The notes: generated from the letters alone by a model not told the origin. DNA of 37,222 nt from Candidatus Methanoperedenaceae archaeon (GCA_963753595.1 CAVWCX010000013.1:1-37222), one strand, 5' to 3'. Counted from the first letter of the stretch, positions 18,787 to 29,109 are shown. Numbers and translations: made by a program.

Positions 18787-18901
18787 AATTCAAGACATTT
18801 ATATTATATTTACCTATTATGACTTAAATCTTTCCCGATCCTAATATATACATTTTTTTTGTTGGAGAATTTAAGACATTTATATTATATTTACCTATTA
18901 T
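18787..18901. repeat. Direct repeat, two copies
   Basis: AAGACATTTATATTATATTTACCTATTAT is exact at 18792-18820 and 18873-18901, extending to 34 nt with one mismatch; period 81 nt. Confidence 0.85.
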
Positions 18902-18945
18902 ATTTATGTTTCCCCCAATCAAAGCCAATCCTACAATTACACTTA

Positions 18946-20243
18946 GGCAATACCTAAAAATAAATTAGTAAATTATATAATCTAAGCCATCATATATAGT
19001 GGCATGGATACTAACAAGGAGTACACATGGTGGCTAAAAGCCCTATCAGGAGCGGATGAAGTTCAAGCAAGACGTTTTGCAGGAGCCATAGCACTTGAAA
19101 TTGGGTGGGGTGGAGTCTCAAAAGTTGAAGAATTAACAGGCATGTCCCATTCGACTATCCATAAAGGGATAGAGGAACTCAAAACGTCAGAGAAACTTAA
19201 ACCTCCAGAAAGACTTCGAGCACTTGGAGGAGGAAGAAAAAAGGTAGAAATAAAAGATCCCGAAATAATTGGAGATCTTGAAAAAATAATGGATGAAAAC
19301 ACCTCAGGCGACCCAATGAGCCTGCTGAAATGGACAAACAAATCAACCTACAAGATCGCTGATGAATTGAAAAAGCTAAAACATAAAATCGATCCAGATA
19401 CAGTAGGACGTTTATTGAAGGAAAACGATTACTCGCTTCAGGCCAATAAGAAAAACATCGAAGGTTCTTCAGTTCCCGAAAGAGATGCCCAGTTCAGGTA
19501 TATAAACGAAAAAGCTAAAGAATTTATAAATCAGGAGTATCCCGTAATATCAGTTGATGCAAAAAAGAAAGAAAATGTAGGAGAATTCAAAAATCCTGGA
19601 AGAACATGGGAGAAAAAAGGCAAGGCAAAAGAAGTAAATGTGTATGATTTTCCTTCACTTGGGATTGGAAGGGCGACACCATATGGGATTTATGATCTTA
19701 AGAGAAATGAAGGAATGGTAAATGTGGGAATGAGTTATGATACGTCCGAATTTGCCGTTGAAAGCATAAGGCAATGGTGGCTTATGTTTGGAAGAAATAA
19801 TTATCCAGATGCAAAAGGTCTGATGATATGTGCAGATGGTGGGGGGAGCAATGGAAGTCGCAATAAAGGCTGGAAATTTCATTTACAAGAATTGGTGAAC
19901 CAAATAAAAATACCTATTACCGTATGCCATTACCCTCCTGGGACAAGCAAATGGAACAAGATAGAACATCGCATGTTCTCATTCATTACAATGAATTGGA
20001 AGGGGAAACCGCTCGTTAGTTTTGAAACAATTATTGAACTGATCAGTGGCACAAAGACAAACAAAGGTCTTACTGTGGCATCGCTATTAGATGAAAAGGA
20101 ATATAATAAAGGAGTTAAATTCTCTGATGAAGATATGGCAAGATTGAAGATAGAATACCATTCTTTACACCCAAAATGGAATTATTCTCTTTCCCCAAAA
20201 GAGGAAGGGAATTAATTTAGATAAGTTATTTTTCGGCAATCCC
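18946..20243 (+). mobile_element. ISAzo13-family insertion sequence (~1.3 kb)
   Basis: Imperfect terminal IRs GGCAATACCTAAAAATAAATTA / GGGATTGCCGAAAAATAACTTA (17/22), flanked by TTA at 18943-45 and 20244-46. Confidence 0.85.
19004..20215 (+). CDS. ISAzo13-family DDE transposase
   Basis: GDPMSLLKWT, ISVDAKKKE, ADGGGSNG, HYPPGTSKWNKIEHRMFS and WNY; the ORF is intact. Confidence 0.93.
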   Translation: MDTNKEYTWWLKALSGADEVQARRFAGAIALEIGWGGVSKVEELTGMSHSTIHKGIEELKTSEKLKPPERLRALGGGRKKVEIKDPEIIGDLEKIMDENTSGDPMSLLKWTNKSTYKIADELKKLKHKIDPDTVGRLLKENDYSLQANKKNIEGSSVPERDAQFRYINEKAKEFINQEYPVISVDAKKKENVGEFKNPGRTWEKKGKAKEVNVYDFPSLGIGRATPYGIYDLKRNEGMVNVGMSYDTSEFAVESIRQWWLMFGRNNYPDAKGLMICADGGGSNGSRNKGWKFHLQELVNQIKIPITVCHYPPGTSKWNKIEHRMFSFITMNWKGKPLVSFETIIELISGTKTNKGLTVASLLDEKEYNKGVKFSDEDMARLKIEYHSLHPKWNYSLSPKEEGN

Positions 20244-20386
20244 TTAGGAATGTCTTATACCTATTGTAAGAGTTCTTCCTGTTTTCGGAAAGGTTCTCAA
20301 TTTGATGAATCCCTTTTATGATTATACGAAATAATTAAATTATTATATGGGCCCAATTCATTGATATATGTTTTGGTGGGCTTCAT

Positions 20387-20594
20387 TCCGAAGAAAAATC
20401 CCCTGATATTCAGTACGGCTGACCTTATTATCATTAATAAGATCGATATTGCAGAAGCTGTAAATGCAGATGCTGATAAAATGGTAAGAGATGCCCGTAT
20501 CATCAATCTGCGTATTGATGTCCTCAAGATGAGCCTCAAAACAGGAGAAGGATTAAATAAGTGGATCGGATTTTTAAAGAAAAGAACGAAATGA
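20387..20594 (+). pseudogene. hypB: C-terminal remnant of a HypB/UreG-type GTPase
   Basis: PKKNPLIF-STADLIIINKID...DARIIN...MSLKTGEGL (G4/G5 region); no P-loop part upstream. Confidence 0.75.
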
Positions 20595-20799
20595 TTACAC
20601 AAGTATCGTATTCTGGTACACTGTCCAATTTTATCAATTTTAAGCTGCTAAATCAACATAATAATAACAATTATAATGAGCATTAAAATTTTAAAAAATC
20701 TATATATGCTTTAAAATATCTATTAATTAATGGATATATCGATTGGTGTTTTTCGTTGAGAAAGAAATTTAAAACAAGAAACAAGAGGTATAAAATAAA

Positions 20800-20883
20800 A
20801 TGACATATCATATAGGCAAGTATAGAATTTTTGCAAAGGACTTAGAAGGTGCAAGAAAAGCATATTTCCAGATGGCGAAATAA
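20800..20883 (+). CDS. Putative 27-aa basic peptide
   Basis: MTYHIGKYRIFAKDLEGARKAYFQMAK with GAGGT about 10 nt upstream and a T-tract downstream. Confidence 0.35.
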   Translation: MTYHIGKYRIFAKDLEGARKAYFQMAK

Positions 20884-20918
20884 GTTGAAATAAGAATCTT
20901 TATTTTTTCAACCACTTC

Positions 20919-21914
20919 TCACAACAATTCGTGCATTTCATCTTCCAGTATCTCATCCATTACCAGCGACTCCCATTTTCTCTCCCCGAGGACAATTTCA
21001 AATTCCTGCGGGGTAAGGACAGGCACATGGAATCTTTCTGCGTCATCAATAGTGATCCTCGGGCATGCTGTATTGACATACGCATCCACTTTGAAAGCCA
21101 GCAATTGGTCAGGAGTTACAAGATCCATCATAATAATTTGTGTTTTCTTTCCATGCTCCTTTCCAATTTGTGCAAGCTTTCTGGCAAGATCTATCCTGTT
21201 CTGCCCGCTTTTTGAAGAAACAATGATGCCAAAGACCTTTGCATCCATTGACTTTGCAATATATCCGCTTCGCTTTCGCAGGAACTTTTCGGGTGAGACT
21301 TCAGCGGCCTGGTTTAAATATGGGTCTGCCGCAACAACTCTTTTCCCTGTGGCGATCGCAACACCAAGCGGGTGGAAAATTCCGCTGCCGATATAAAGAT
21401 ATTCTTCACAATCAATATGCGCTGCCGTGAAATTGCATCCAAGAACCTGTCCCGGGTAATTCACCCTTAGGTCCCCTTTTCCCGCTATTCCCTTCTTTCC
21501 ATTTTCCAGCAGGAAACCAGAGATTTCCTCAAGTTTATGTATGTGCTGGACTGTGGTTATGAGGCCGATCTTATTTGTCTTTAAAAGTGGAAGTGCGGTT
21601 TTTACACATGGCAAAACATCAACATTAGAACGCGTTTCAATAAAAACCACATTTTTCAGATTTCCCATCTTTGAATGCCCGAAATGGAACATGACATCGA
21701 CCTTTCCTGAAAGTGTCGTATCGATATCACATGCCCCAAAACAGGGATTTCCTGATATCAAAATGCCTGCTCCTGTTTCTTCTTCAAGCATCTCAGAAAT
21801 GGAAAAAGCCTGTCTCTTAAAACCTTCGGGAAACTGGAGCCCGACTGTTTTAAAATGCTTTTCTTTTATAATAGCTATTATTCTCTCTAAATCAAAATCG
21901 AACTGGTTTTTCAT
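20919..21914 (-). CDS. dph2: Diphthamide biosynthesis protein Dph2
   Basis: GLQFPEG, CFGACD, HFGH, GQVLGC and NTACPR (three Fe-S cysteines). Confidence 0.95.
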   Translation of the reverse strand: MKNQFDFDLERIIAIIKEKHFKTVGLQFPEGFKRQAFSISEMLEEETGAGILISGNPCFGACDIDTTLSGKVDVMFHFGHSKMGNLKNVVFIETRSNVDVLPCVKTALPLLKTNKIGLITTVQHIHKLEEISGFLLENGKKGIAGKGDLRVNYPGQVLGCNFTAAHIDCEEYLYIGSGIFHPLGVAIATGKRVVAADPYLNQAAEVSPEKFLRKRSGYIAKSMDAKVFGIIVSSKSGQNRIDLARKLAQIGKEHGKKTQIIMMDLVTPDQLLAFKVDAYVNTACPRITIDDAERFHVPVLTPQEFEIVLGERKWESLVMDEILEDEMHELL

Positions 21915-22558
21915 AATTTCCTTGCAATTACATACGCTTCTTTTTTCTGCGCTTCCATTATTTGCATGATCTCAAATCCCATCAATGATAATTCTTCAGG
22001 GATCGGTTCCCTGTCACTTTTCCCGGGTAATTTAAAAACCTGAAGCAGCATTCCACCACTTTTCAATGCCGGAAGCAGGTTCTTAAGGGCTTTTAATGAG
22101 TCTTGCGGTTCCACTGTAATGTCAAGAAGCAAAACATCATATTTTTCATTGTCATGAGCCATCGTGAACGCATCATTGAATTCAATTGTGATATTCTCGT
22201 GCTCATGTGCGATCTTTCCAAGTTCGGAGTGGAACTCATGGCTGAATTCAATTCCATGGACGCGGGAGGCAAGCTCTGATGCATAAAGCAGGAAACCTCC
22301 TGCGCTAGAACCAACATCCAGGACAGTATCGCCTTTTTTAATTATATTTGTCTTCTCCTGTATATCTTTTAGTTTCCAATATCCTGCGGGCTTGTCAAGG
22401 CCTTCTGTCATTTCAATTTTATCAGAATATGCGACATCAAAAGAAGATCTGGTTATGACCCTGTCATTTACTTTGACATTTCCTTCCATTATCGCGCGTT
22501 TTGCCCTGCCCCTGGAGCCGACATTGCCGATTTCCACAAGATAGGAGTCAAGCCTCAT
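21911..22558 (-). CDS. S4-domain TlyA/FtsJ-like RNA methyltransferase
   Basis: MRLDSYL...SRGRAK S4 domain; GYWKL and SAM-binding [11 protein letters not shown]. Confidence 0.85.
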   Translation of the reverse strand: MRLDSYLVEIGNVGSRGRAKRAIMEGNVKVNDRVITRSSFDVAYSDKIEMTEGLDKPAGYWKLKDIQEKTNIIKKGDTVLDVGSSAGGFLLYASELASRVHGIEFSHEFHSELGKIAHEHENITIEFNDAFTMAHDNEKYDVLLLDITVEPQDSLKALKNLLPALKSGGMLLQVFKLPGKSDREPIPEELSLMGFEIMQIMEAQKKEAYVIARKL

Positions 22559-22627
22559 GAAACACCTTTTTCATATATTCATTCCAAAGGTTAATAGCAA
22601 ATAAACTATATTAAAAGCATACCCCAT

Positions 22628-22713
22628 GCCGAGGTGGCAGAGCGGACTAACGCGGCAGGCTCGAGACCTGTTTTACCTTCCGGTAAGCTAGGGTTCAAAT
22701 CCCTACCTCGGCG
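22628..22713 (+). tRNA. tRNA-Ser(CGA)
   Basis: Acceptor stem GCCGAGG/CCTCGGC plus discriminator G, anticodon arm GCAGG-CTCGAGA-CCTGT, long variable arm and T-loop GTTCAAATC; no encoded CCA. Confidence 0.95.
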
Positions 22714-22838
22714 TACTATAAATGGTTTAAATCCATACTAAATAAACATAGAAGGGAATATGTCAGAAATATACTTTCACGATGATAAAAATGAGCCTCC
22801 TGAAAAGATTAAGTAGTTTAAAATGAAATTGTAATATT

Positions 22839-22952
22839 ATGACCAATATAGAAAAAACCAATAAATTTGATTACGCTGATGTTCTAATATGGTTGGGAAT
22901 CGCTATTGTTGTTTTATGGATGATAGCTAAGATTATTGGATTAATACCTTGA
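22839..22952 (+). CDS. 37-aa single-TM small protein, or 5' half of a split gene
   Basis: MTNIEKTNKFDYADVLIWLGIAIVVLWMIAKIIGLIP; its TGA overlaps the TTG of the next ORF. Confidence 0.45.
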   Translation: MTNIEKTNKFDYADVLIWLGIAIVVLWMIAKIIGLIP

Positions 22953-23173
22953 CTGTTACATGGTATGATCTGGTTCCTGTTTTTGGGGTTGTAATAACAA
23001 TCGTAGGTATTAGTTTTAAGGCTGGTCAAATACTCCAAAAGCTGAATCATGTTATTGATGATGTGGGGGAACTAAAAACAAATATGCGGGAGGTCAAAAC
23101 AGATATACGAAGGATTGATGACCTGGACAAACGCATTTCTATTCTTGAAAATACAACAAAATCGAAAAAGTAA
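22949..23173 (+). CDS. Small TM plus coiled-coil protein
   Basis: N-terminal TM followed by a heptad pattern (LNHVIDDVGELKTNMREVKTDIRRIDDLDKRISILE). Confidence 0.6.
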   Translation: MTVTWYDLVPVFGVVITIVGISFKAGQILQKLNHVIDDVGELKTNMREVKTDIRRIDDLDKRISILENTTKSKK

Positions 23174-23230
23174 AGAAATAAGAGGAGGCAGGCTTTTAAC
23201 ATTTTATTATGCACCCTCCGGCGTATTTTA

Positions 23231-24346
23231 TTATTTTTTCCTGTGTTTCAATATATATTCCGACAATCGCTTCTTAGTCCTCATATATTCCACATCTGAC
23301 AGGCCGCTTGATTCAAGCGCCGAATCCCTTAAGAAACAGGGTTTTGTGATCTTGCAGCACCATGTCATGCTTCCAAAACATGTTCCTTCACCAAATTCAA
23401 TGGGTGTGTTTCTTGCAAAATCAGTCTTGATCTTCATGAATTCTTCAGCGCTGATACCTGCCTGTTTAAGCGCCCCGTGAAGTGCGCAGGGTTTTACGGG
23501 AAGGCAGCAAAAAGCAAGCGCCCTCAGGTCGCCGCCGCCGCAAATATGCTTGGGGGCATTATACCAGCCTGTCATGGATTGGAAAGATGTCACTTCGAAA
23601 ACAAGCTGGTCGATGATGCGTGGATTTTTTCGGACTGCGCGCGCAACGGATACCATGTCTGCGCCATGGCAGAACATTTCCTTGGCGCTTTCAAAATCAG
23701 TGATCGAATTATTGCCTATTATGAACAGGTTTGTTGAGTTCCTGATCCTTTTGATCACCCCGATATCCACACCCTGCGGATGCATGGCGTCTATATGAAT
23801 AATATCAGCCCCGGCTTTTTCGATAGCTTTTGCAAGCTCGACATCATTCACAACATTTGCTCTTATTTTTACCGAGAGCACGACGCCTGTTTTTTTGATC
23901 TCTCTGATATATTCGCAAAGGTGCGGTATGTCTTTTAATAATGCCTCACCAGAGCCCAGTTCAACCATTTCAGGCTGTCTGCAATGCGCATTTAATTCAA
24001 GAATGGCGCCGTGTTCTTTTGCAAGAACAGCCGCTTCTAAAAACGGTTCAATGGATGCTGCGCGCACATTGACTGCGATCGTTGTGTATCCTTTTGCAGC
24101 GATAAGTTCTGACTTGAGGAATTCCATGGGTTTATCTGATACGAACTCGGTCCTTCCTCGTTCTATTTCTTTCCGGACGGCTTCATTTGTCGGCTTATCG
24201 AGGTTATATCCGCCAAGAATGAATAATCCTGCATTCACAAAACCACTTGCGAATTTGCTATCGGTTATACCCGCCATTGAAGCAACTGCAATTGGATTCC
24301 TGGGTGATGCATAACCTATTTTAATGTCAAATAATTTTTCTGTCAT
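23231..24346 (-). CDS. Methanogenesis marker 9 domain protein (DUS-like TIM barrel plus Cys-rich C-terminal domain)
   Basis: ASMAGITD, ELNAHCRQ, IIGNNSI and VSVAR; C-terminal HICGGGDLRALAFCC..KPC and TCFGSMTWCCKITKPC. Confidence 0.88.
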   Translation of the reverse strand: MTEKLFDIKIGYASPRNPIAVASMAGITDSKFASGFVNAGLFILGGYNLDKPTNEAVRKEIERGRTEFVSDKPMEFLKSELIAAKGYTTIAVNVRAASIEPFLEAAVLAKEHGAILELNAHCRQPEMVELGSGEALLKDIPHLCEYIREIKKTGVVLSVKIRANVVNDVELAKAIEKAGADIIHIDAMHPQGVDIGVIKRIRNSTNLFIIGNNSITDFESAKEMFCHGADMVSVARAVRKNPRIIDQLVFEVTSFQSMTGWYNAPKHICGGGDLRALAFCCLPVKPCALHGALKQAGISAEEFMKIKTDFARNTPIEFGEGTCFGSMTWCCKITKPCFLRDSALESSGLSDVEYMRTKKRLSEYILKHRKK

Positions 24347-24480
24347 GATTTAGCCTGATTAATTATTTGTCTTCAGTTGTCGGAATCATTAAAGAATTTT
24401 ACGCTAAAACAATTTCATAAGGTTTTTATATGAATAATCCTTTTTTAAGAAGAATATATAGAAGAATATATGGTGGTCCA

Positions 24481-24858
24481 ATGGTCACAAATGAAATTTT
24501 AGATAATTATTTACCTGTCGTAATTCTTACGATCGTAAGTGTTGTGTTCGTAGCAATCGCACTATTCATGTCACTGATGGTTAGACCAATCAGCAATAAA
24601 TCTAAGGTTAAACTATCTACATATGAATGCGCTGAGACCCCTGTAGGCGATGCAAGGATACATTTTAACATCCAATATTACCTGATCGTTATTGTTTTCC
24701 TGATATTTGATGTTGAAGTTCTTTTCCTGTATCCCTGGGCTGTACAATTCAAGAACCTCGGACCGCTGGGATTTTTTGAAATGATAATTTTTGTTGAAGT
24801 ACTTATAATAGGCCTGGCTTATGCCTGGAGAAAGGAGGCTTTAGAGTGGATCCATTAA
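24481..24858 (+). CDS. fpoA: F420H2 dehydrogenase subunit A
   Basis: YEC...DARIHF and [12 protein letters not shown]. Probable ATG at 24481, after GGTGG. Confidence 0.92.
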   Translation: MVTNEILDNYLPVVILTIVSVVFVAIALFMSLMVRPISNKSKVKLSTYECAETPVGDARIHFNIQYYLIVIVFLIFDVEVLFLYPWAVQFKNLGPLGFFEMIIFVEVLIIGLAYAWRKEALEWIH

Positions 24859-25439
24859 CCATTGATACTACAAAGATCAAATTTAAAAAGCAGCAGCCTG
24901 TGACCGCGCTTGATAAACTGAATGATACAGGCCTTATCAGCACGGTCCTTGCGGCCCGGGAAAGGGAAGGATTAATATTATTTTCGACAATTGACCAGGT
25001 TTTTAACTGGGCGCGCTTGAGTTCCCTGTGGCCCGTTACATCCGGTCTTGCCTGCTGCGCTATCGAAATGATGGCTACAGCTATGGCACATCATGATGTG
25101 GCACGCTTTGGAATGGAAATTTTCAGGGCAAGCCCGAGACAGGCTGACCTTATGTTCGTAGCCGGTACTGTTACAAAACGCATGGCTCCCAGGGTAAAAA
25201 AACTTTATGAAATGATGCCTGACCCCAAATGGGTCATTTCGGTGGGCAGCTGCGCAAATACAGGAGGGCCTTACCATGAATCATATTCTGTATTAAAAGG
25301 CGTTGACCTGATAATACCCGTGGACGTTTATATTCCCGGATGTCCTCCCAGGCCAGAGGCATGGATATACGGGATTATCCAGTTGAGAGAAAAAATCAAG
25401 AACCAGGGATATGGAGCAAAATGGGGGCTGAATAAATGA
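24846..25439 (+). CDS. fpoB: F420H2 dehydrogenase subunit B
   Basis: [19 protein letters not shown] and PGCPPRPE. Confidence 0.94.
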   Translation: MDPLTIDTTKIKFKKQQPVTALDKLNDTGLISTVLAAREREGLILFSTIDQVFNWARLSSLWPVTSGLACCAIEMMATAMAHHDVARFGMEIFRASPRQADLMFVAGTVTKRMAPRVKKLYEMMPDPKWVISVGSCANTGGPYHESYSVLKGVDLIIPVDVYIPGCPPRPEAWIYGIIQLREKIKNQGYGAKWGLNK

Positions 25440-25936
25440 ACGCGGCCGATGAGCTAAAACAGTTATTTCCGGATTCTGTAGTAAGTATAGGGCTGCAGAT
25501 AAAAAAACCTCTTGCGATCATAAAGAAAGAAGAGCTGTTAAAGGTCGCAGAGAAAGTGAAAGAAATGGGATTTGATAATCTCTCTGTGATAACAGGCATT
25601 GATTACAGGGACAGGTTCGAGTTAATTTACAATTTCTTTTCGTATGTTAAAAAACAGAACCTTGTCCTGAAAGTTGTTCTTAAACATGAGAATCCCGAAG
25701 TCGCTTCGCTTGCATCTATCTGGAAAGTGGCAGATTGGCTTGAGCGGGAGACATATGACCTTGTCGGGATTAAGTTCTCAGGTCACCCGGATCTTAAAAG
25801 GATCCTGTTGCCAGACGGCTGGATCGGCCATCCCCTGCGAAAGGATTATGATATGAATGTTGACCAGTTCGTTACTGTAGGGGAAGATGGAGAAGATATC
25901 GTGAGCACTGACGGGTCGAACCTGTTGAGGAGATAA
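25436..25936 (+). CDS. fpoC: F420H2 dehydrogenase subunit C
   Basis: [16 protein letters not shown] and GHPLRKDY. Confidence 0.93.
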   Translation: MNAADELKQLFPDSVVSIGLQIKKPLAIIKKEELLKVAEKVKEMGFDNLSVITGIDYRDRFELIYNFFSYVKKQNLVLKVVLKHENPEVASLASIWKVADWLERETYDLVGIKFSGHPDLKRILLPDGWIGHPLRKDYDMNVDQFVTVGEDGEDIVSTDGSNLLRR

Positions 25937-25937
25937 A

Positions 25938-27086
25938 ATGAAAACAGATGAACTTCTAATTAACATGGGTCCTGTTCATCCCAGTACACACGGTGTATTG
26001 AGGTTCAAGTTAACCATGGACGGGGAGATAATCAAGAAATGCGAAATCGTCATGGGATATCTCCATAGGGGGACAGAAAAGCTGGGTGAAATGAAGACAT
26101 ATATGCAGTTTGTTCCTTACACAGACAGGCTCGATTATATCTCAGCCTTTCCCAATAATTACGCTTACGTTAAAGCCGTGGAGGAACTTGCAGGTATAGA
26201 GGTTCCGGTGAGGGCAGAGTACATCCGGGTTCTCACGCTTGAACTTAACAGGATAGTGAACCATCTGGTAATGCTGGGCTCTCTTCTTCTTGACCTTGGC
26301 GCATCCACAATGATAATGTATGGGTTCAGGGAAAGGGAAAATGCCCTGCAGTTATTCGAGATGTTATGCGGCGCAAGGATGACTTTTAATTATATCAAGC
26401 CCGGAGGAGTAAGAGAAGATATTCCTGAGGGCTTCATACCAAAACTCAATGAGTTCATAAAAGATATGGAAAAGCGCATTGTTGATTACGAGGAGCTTAT
26501 AAGCGGAAATGAGATTTTCATGGGGAGAATGAAGAATATCGGGGTAATGAGTGCAAAAGAAGCTATAAATTACGGTATGACGGGTCCGTCGCTTCGTGGT
26601 CATGGCGTTAATTATGATATAAGGAAGATTGAACCGTATTCTGTGTATCCTGATCTTGATTTCAAGGCATGCGTGCGCAATGAATGTGACAGCTTCGCAA
26701 GGTACATGGTAAGAATTGATGAGATGAGAGAAAGCCTTCATATCCTGAGGCAGGTGGTTGATGCTATGCCTCCGGCAAAACCAGTAAGCCAGGCTAAGTA
26801 TGGGATAGCTCCTATGACGGGTGCCCCAACTGCAGTTTCCACATATTTCCCGAGGATATTCACTCCGCCCCCCGGTGAGGTTTACAGCAGGATCGAGGCG
26901 CCTAAGGGTGAATTAGGTTTTTATATTGTAAGTGATGGAACCACTAAACCCTACAGGATCAAAATACGTTCACCTTCATTCTGTAATCTTACAGCCATAC
27001 CTAAAATGGTGGAAGGACTTATGATCCCCGACCTGATCGCGGCCTTTGGGACCATTGATGTTGTTCTTGGCGATGTGGACCGGTGA
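25938..27086 (+). CDS. fpoD: F420H2 dehydrogenase subunit D
   Basis: NMGPVHPSTHG, GYLHRG, DRLDY and a C-terminal GDVDR; lacks the NiFe CxxC motifs. Confidence 0.94.
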   Translation: MKTDELLINMGPVHPSTHGVLRFKLTMDGEIIKKCEIVMGYLHRGTEKLGEMKTYMQFVPYTDRLDYISAFPNNYAYVKAVEELAGIEVPVRAEYIRVLTLELNRIVNHLVMLGSLLLDLGASTMIMYGFRERENALQLFEMLCGARMTFNYIKPGGVREDIPEGFIPKLNEFIKDMEKRIVDYEELISGNEIFMGRMKNIGVMSAKEAINYGMTGPSLRGHGVNYDIRKIEPYSVYPDLDFKACVRNECDSFARYMVRIDEMRESLHILRQVVDAMPPAKPVSQAKYGIAPMTGAPTAVSTYFPRIFTPPPGEVYSRIEAPKGELGFYIVSDGTTKPYRIKIRSPSFCNLTAIPKMVEGLMIPDLIAAFGTIDVVLGDVDR

Positions 27087-27090
27087 TATA

Positions 27091-28197
27091 ATGTTTGCAA
27101 ATGCTTACGAACTTATTGTGTTTATCCTGGATTTCTTAGGGATTTACAAGCCTGTAAATGACATATTTAAAGTGTTGGGAATCGAATATATTTTAAGGGT
27201 AATTATAGTATTCGTAGAGATTGCGGTCCTATTGGTTTTCGCACTTCTCACGATCATGTTCCTTACATGGATGGAACGTAAAGTTGTCGCAATGGTGCAG
27301 GCAAGATACGGCCCCATGGTAACAGGCCCCAGGGGATTGCTCCAGCCGGTCATGGATGGTGTAAAACTCATAGGGAAGGAGGATATAATTCCTGCAAAAG
27401 CTGACAGGTGGGTTTTTACACTTGCACCTTTTCTGGTATTCATACCAGCGCTCCTTATATTTATTCCACTGCCGTTTGGCGAGTCACTGATAATATCGGA
27501 TCTAAAGGTTGGGGTTCTCTATATTATTGCAATATCAGCCGTGTCACCGATTGCGATCTTGCTGGCAGGCTGGGCCTCAAACAATAAATATTCATTGATG
27601 GGAGCGATGAGAGCCGTAGCCCAGGATATCAGTTATACAATACCTCTGGCCCTTTGTGCGATTGCCATTGTTTTGTTTACAGGCTCCTTGAGTACTGTTG
27701 AAATTGTAAATGCGCAAAATGGCACATGGTTTGGCTTTATTCCAAAATGGTTCATATTCCTGCAGCCTCTGGGTTTTATTTTATTCCTTATTGCTTCCAT
27801 TGCTGAAATGGGACGCATACCCTTTGATTTCCAGGAATCCGAACAGGAACTTGTTGCAGGATTCTTCACTGAATACAGCGGAATGAAATTCGCAATGTTC
27901 TTCCTTGCAGAATATGCTCATTTATTCTCAGTCTCTGCAATTGTTGTCACACTGTTCCTTGGAGGATGGTCATTTCCATACATTTCATTACTTCCAGCAG
28001 CATTGGTTCCTCTCGTATCGTTGGGAGTATTTTTGGTTAAAACCTATGCAGTAATATTCTTTGCGATGTGGTTGAGAGATACAGTACCCAGGGTAAGGAT
28101 AGATCAACTCCTCAGCCTGGGATGGAAGATCATGATCCCCCTGGCTTTACTTAATTTACTGGTCACTGGTTTCATTTTGACCATAAGGGGGTTCTAA
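27091..28197 (+). CDS. fpoH: F420H2 dehydrogenase subunit H
   Basis: ERKVVA..Q.RYGP, DGVKL..KE and PFD..E.EQELVAGF.TEY. Probable ATG at 27091. Confidence 0.93.
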   Translation: MFANAYELIVFILDFLGIYKPVNDIFKVLGIEYILRVIIVFVEIAVLLVFALLTIMFLTWMERKVVAMVQARYGPMVTGPRGLLQPVMDGVKLIGKEDIIPAKADRWVFTLAPFLVFIPALLIFIPLPFGESLIISDLKVGVLYIIAISAVSPIAILLAGWASNNKYSLMGAMRAVAQDISYTIPLALCAIAIVLFTGSLSTVEIVNAQNGTWFGFIPKWFIFLQPLGFILFLIASIAEMGRIPFDFQESEQELVAGFFTEYSGMKFAMFFLAEYAHLFSVSAIVVTLFLGGWSFPYISLLPAALVPLVSLGVFLVKTYAVIFFAMWLRDTVPRVRIDQLLSLGWKIMIPLALLNLLVTGFILTIRGF

Positions 28198-28613
28198 TGA
28201 CCTGGATTAGCAAAAACTGGGCAATGGGCGGAATAATTAAAGGGCTCATTGTTACAATGAAACATATGTTACGTGTTGGTAACAGGCCGACCGTGACCGT
28301 ACAATACCCATATCAGAAAATGAAAGTCTCACCAAGATTCAGGGGACTGCATGCAGTTGATGAAAATGCCTGCATTGGCTGCGGGATATGTGAAGTGAAT
28401 TGTCCGAATGCGACAATACAGATAGTAAAATACAAAACCAGATGGTATCCTCAGGTCAACATCGGTATGTGCCTTTTCTGCGGCCTTTGTGTGGATGTAT
28501 GCCCCATGAATGCTATGAAAATGACAGGAAATTATGAGCTTGCGGATTACACTCGTGAGAGCCTTGTGTATGGTCCGGATAGACTATTATTCAGCAAAGA
28601 GGTGAAACAATGA
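28197..28613 (+). CDS. fpoI: F420H2 dehydrogenase subunit I (2x[4Fe-4S])
   Basis: CIGCGICEVNCP and CLFCGLCVDVCP. Confidence 0.93.
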   Translation: MTWISKNWAMGGIIKGLIVTMKHMLRVGNRPTVTVQYPYQKMKVSPRFRGLHAVDENACIGCGICEVNCPNATIQIVKYKTRWYPQVNIGMCLFCGLCVDVCPMNAMKMTGNYELADYTRESLVYGPDRLLFSKEVKQ

Positions 28614-28855
28614 TCGACATTGTATTTCTGGTTATTTCAGTTCTCACGATCATATCAACGATCATGGTGGTCAGGTCAAATAAATTAGTCCACAGTGCAA
28701 TATATCTTGCAGGAACCTTCATTGGAACAGCTGGTCTTTTCATACTCCTGGAAGCGGAGTTTCTTGCCTGGGTACAGGTCCTGGTCTATGTAGGGGCTGT
28801 CATAACCCTGATATTATTCACTATTATGTTGACTAAAAAGGGAGAGGAAGAATAA
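28610..28855 (+). CDS. fpoJ1: F420H2 dehydrogenase subunit J1
   Basis: NuoJ N-terminal half: AEFLAWVQVLVYVGAV. Confidence 0.9.
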   Translation: MIDIVFLVISVLTIISTIMVVRSNKLVHSAIYLAGTFIGTAGLFILLEAEFLAWVQVLVYVGAVITLILFTIMLTKKGEEE

Positions 28856-28856
28856 A

Positions 28857-29108
28857 ATGATCAATAAAACCTTAAATTTACTCATTGCATTACTGTTGTT
28901 TGCTGTAATGTTCATGGCCCTGGATGACAGTTATACGGATATCGCAAAGAAGGAGGAAATAACTGCAATCAGTATCGGGGATATCGCAGGGGGACCCCAG
29001 ATCCGGGGCGGGATTTTCAGTGATTTTATTTTTTCCTTTGAATTGCTTTCACTGTTATTGCTGGCAGCACTGATCGGTGCCCTGTATATCGCAAAAAAGG
29101 AGGCATAA
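28857..29108 (+). CDS. fpoJ2: F420H2 dehydrogenase subunit J2
   Basis: NuoJ C-terminal half: [15 protein letters not shown]. Confidence 0.87.
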   Translation: MINKTLNLLIALLLFAVMFMALDDSYTDIAKKEEITAISIGDIAGGPQIRGGIFSDFIFSFELLSLLLLAALIGALYIAKKEA

Positions 29109-29109
29109 A

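Noticed and set aside
18787-18901. Direct repeat read as a mini CRISPR array
   Set aside because: Only two copies, a 52-nt gap, no CRISPR-like repeat end and no cas genes in the window.
22628-23230. Integrated element at tRNA-Ser
   Set aside because: No integrase, and I saw no duplicated tRNA 3' end in the window.
25938-27086. NiFe hydrogenase large subunit
   Set aside because: Lacks the N- and C-terminal CxxC nickel ligands, and the context is the fpo operon.
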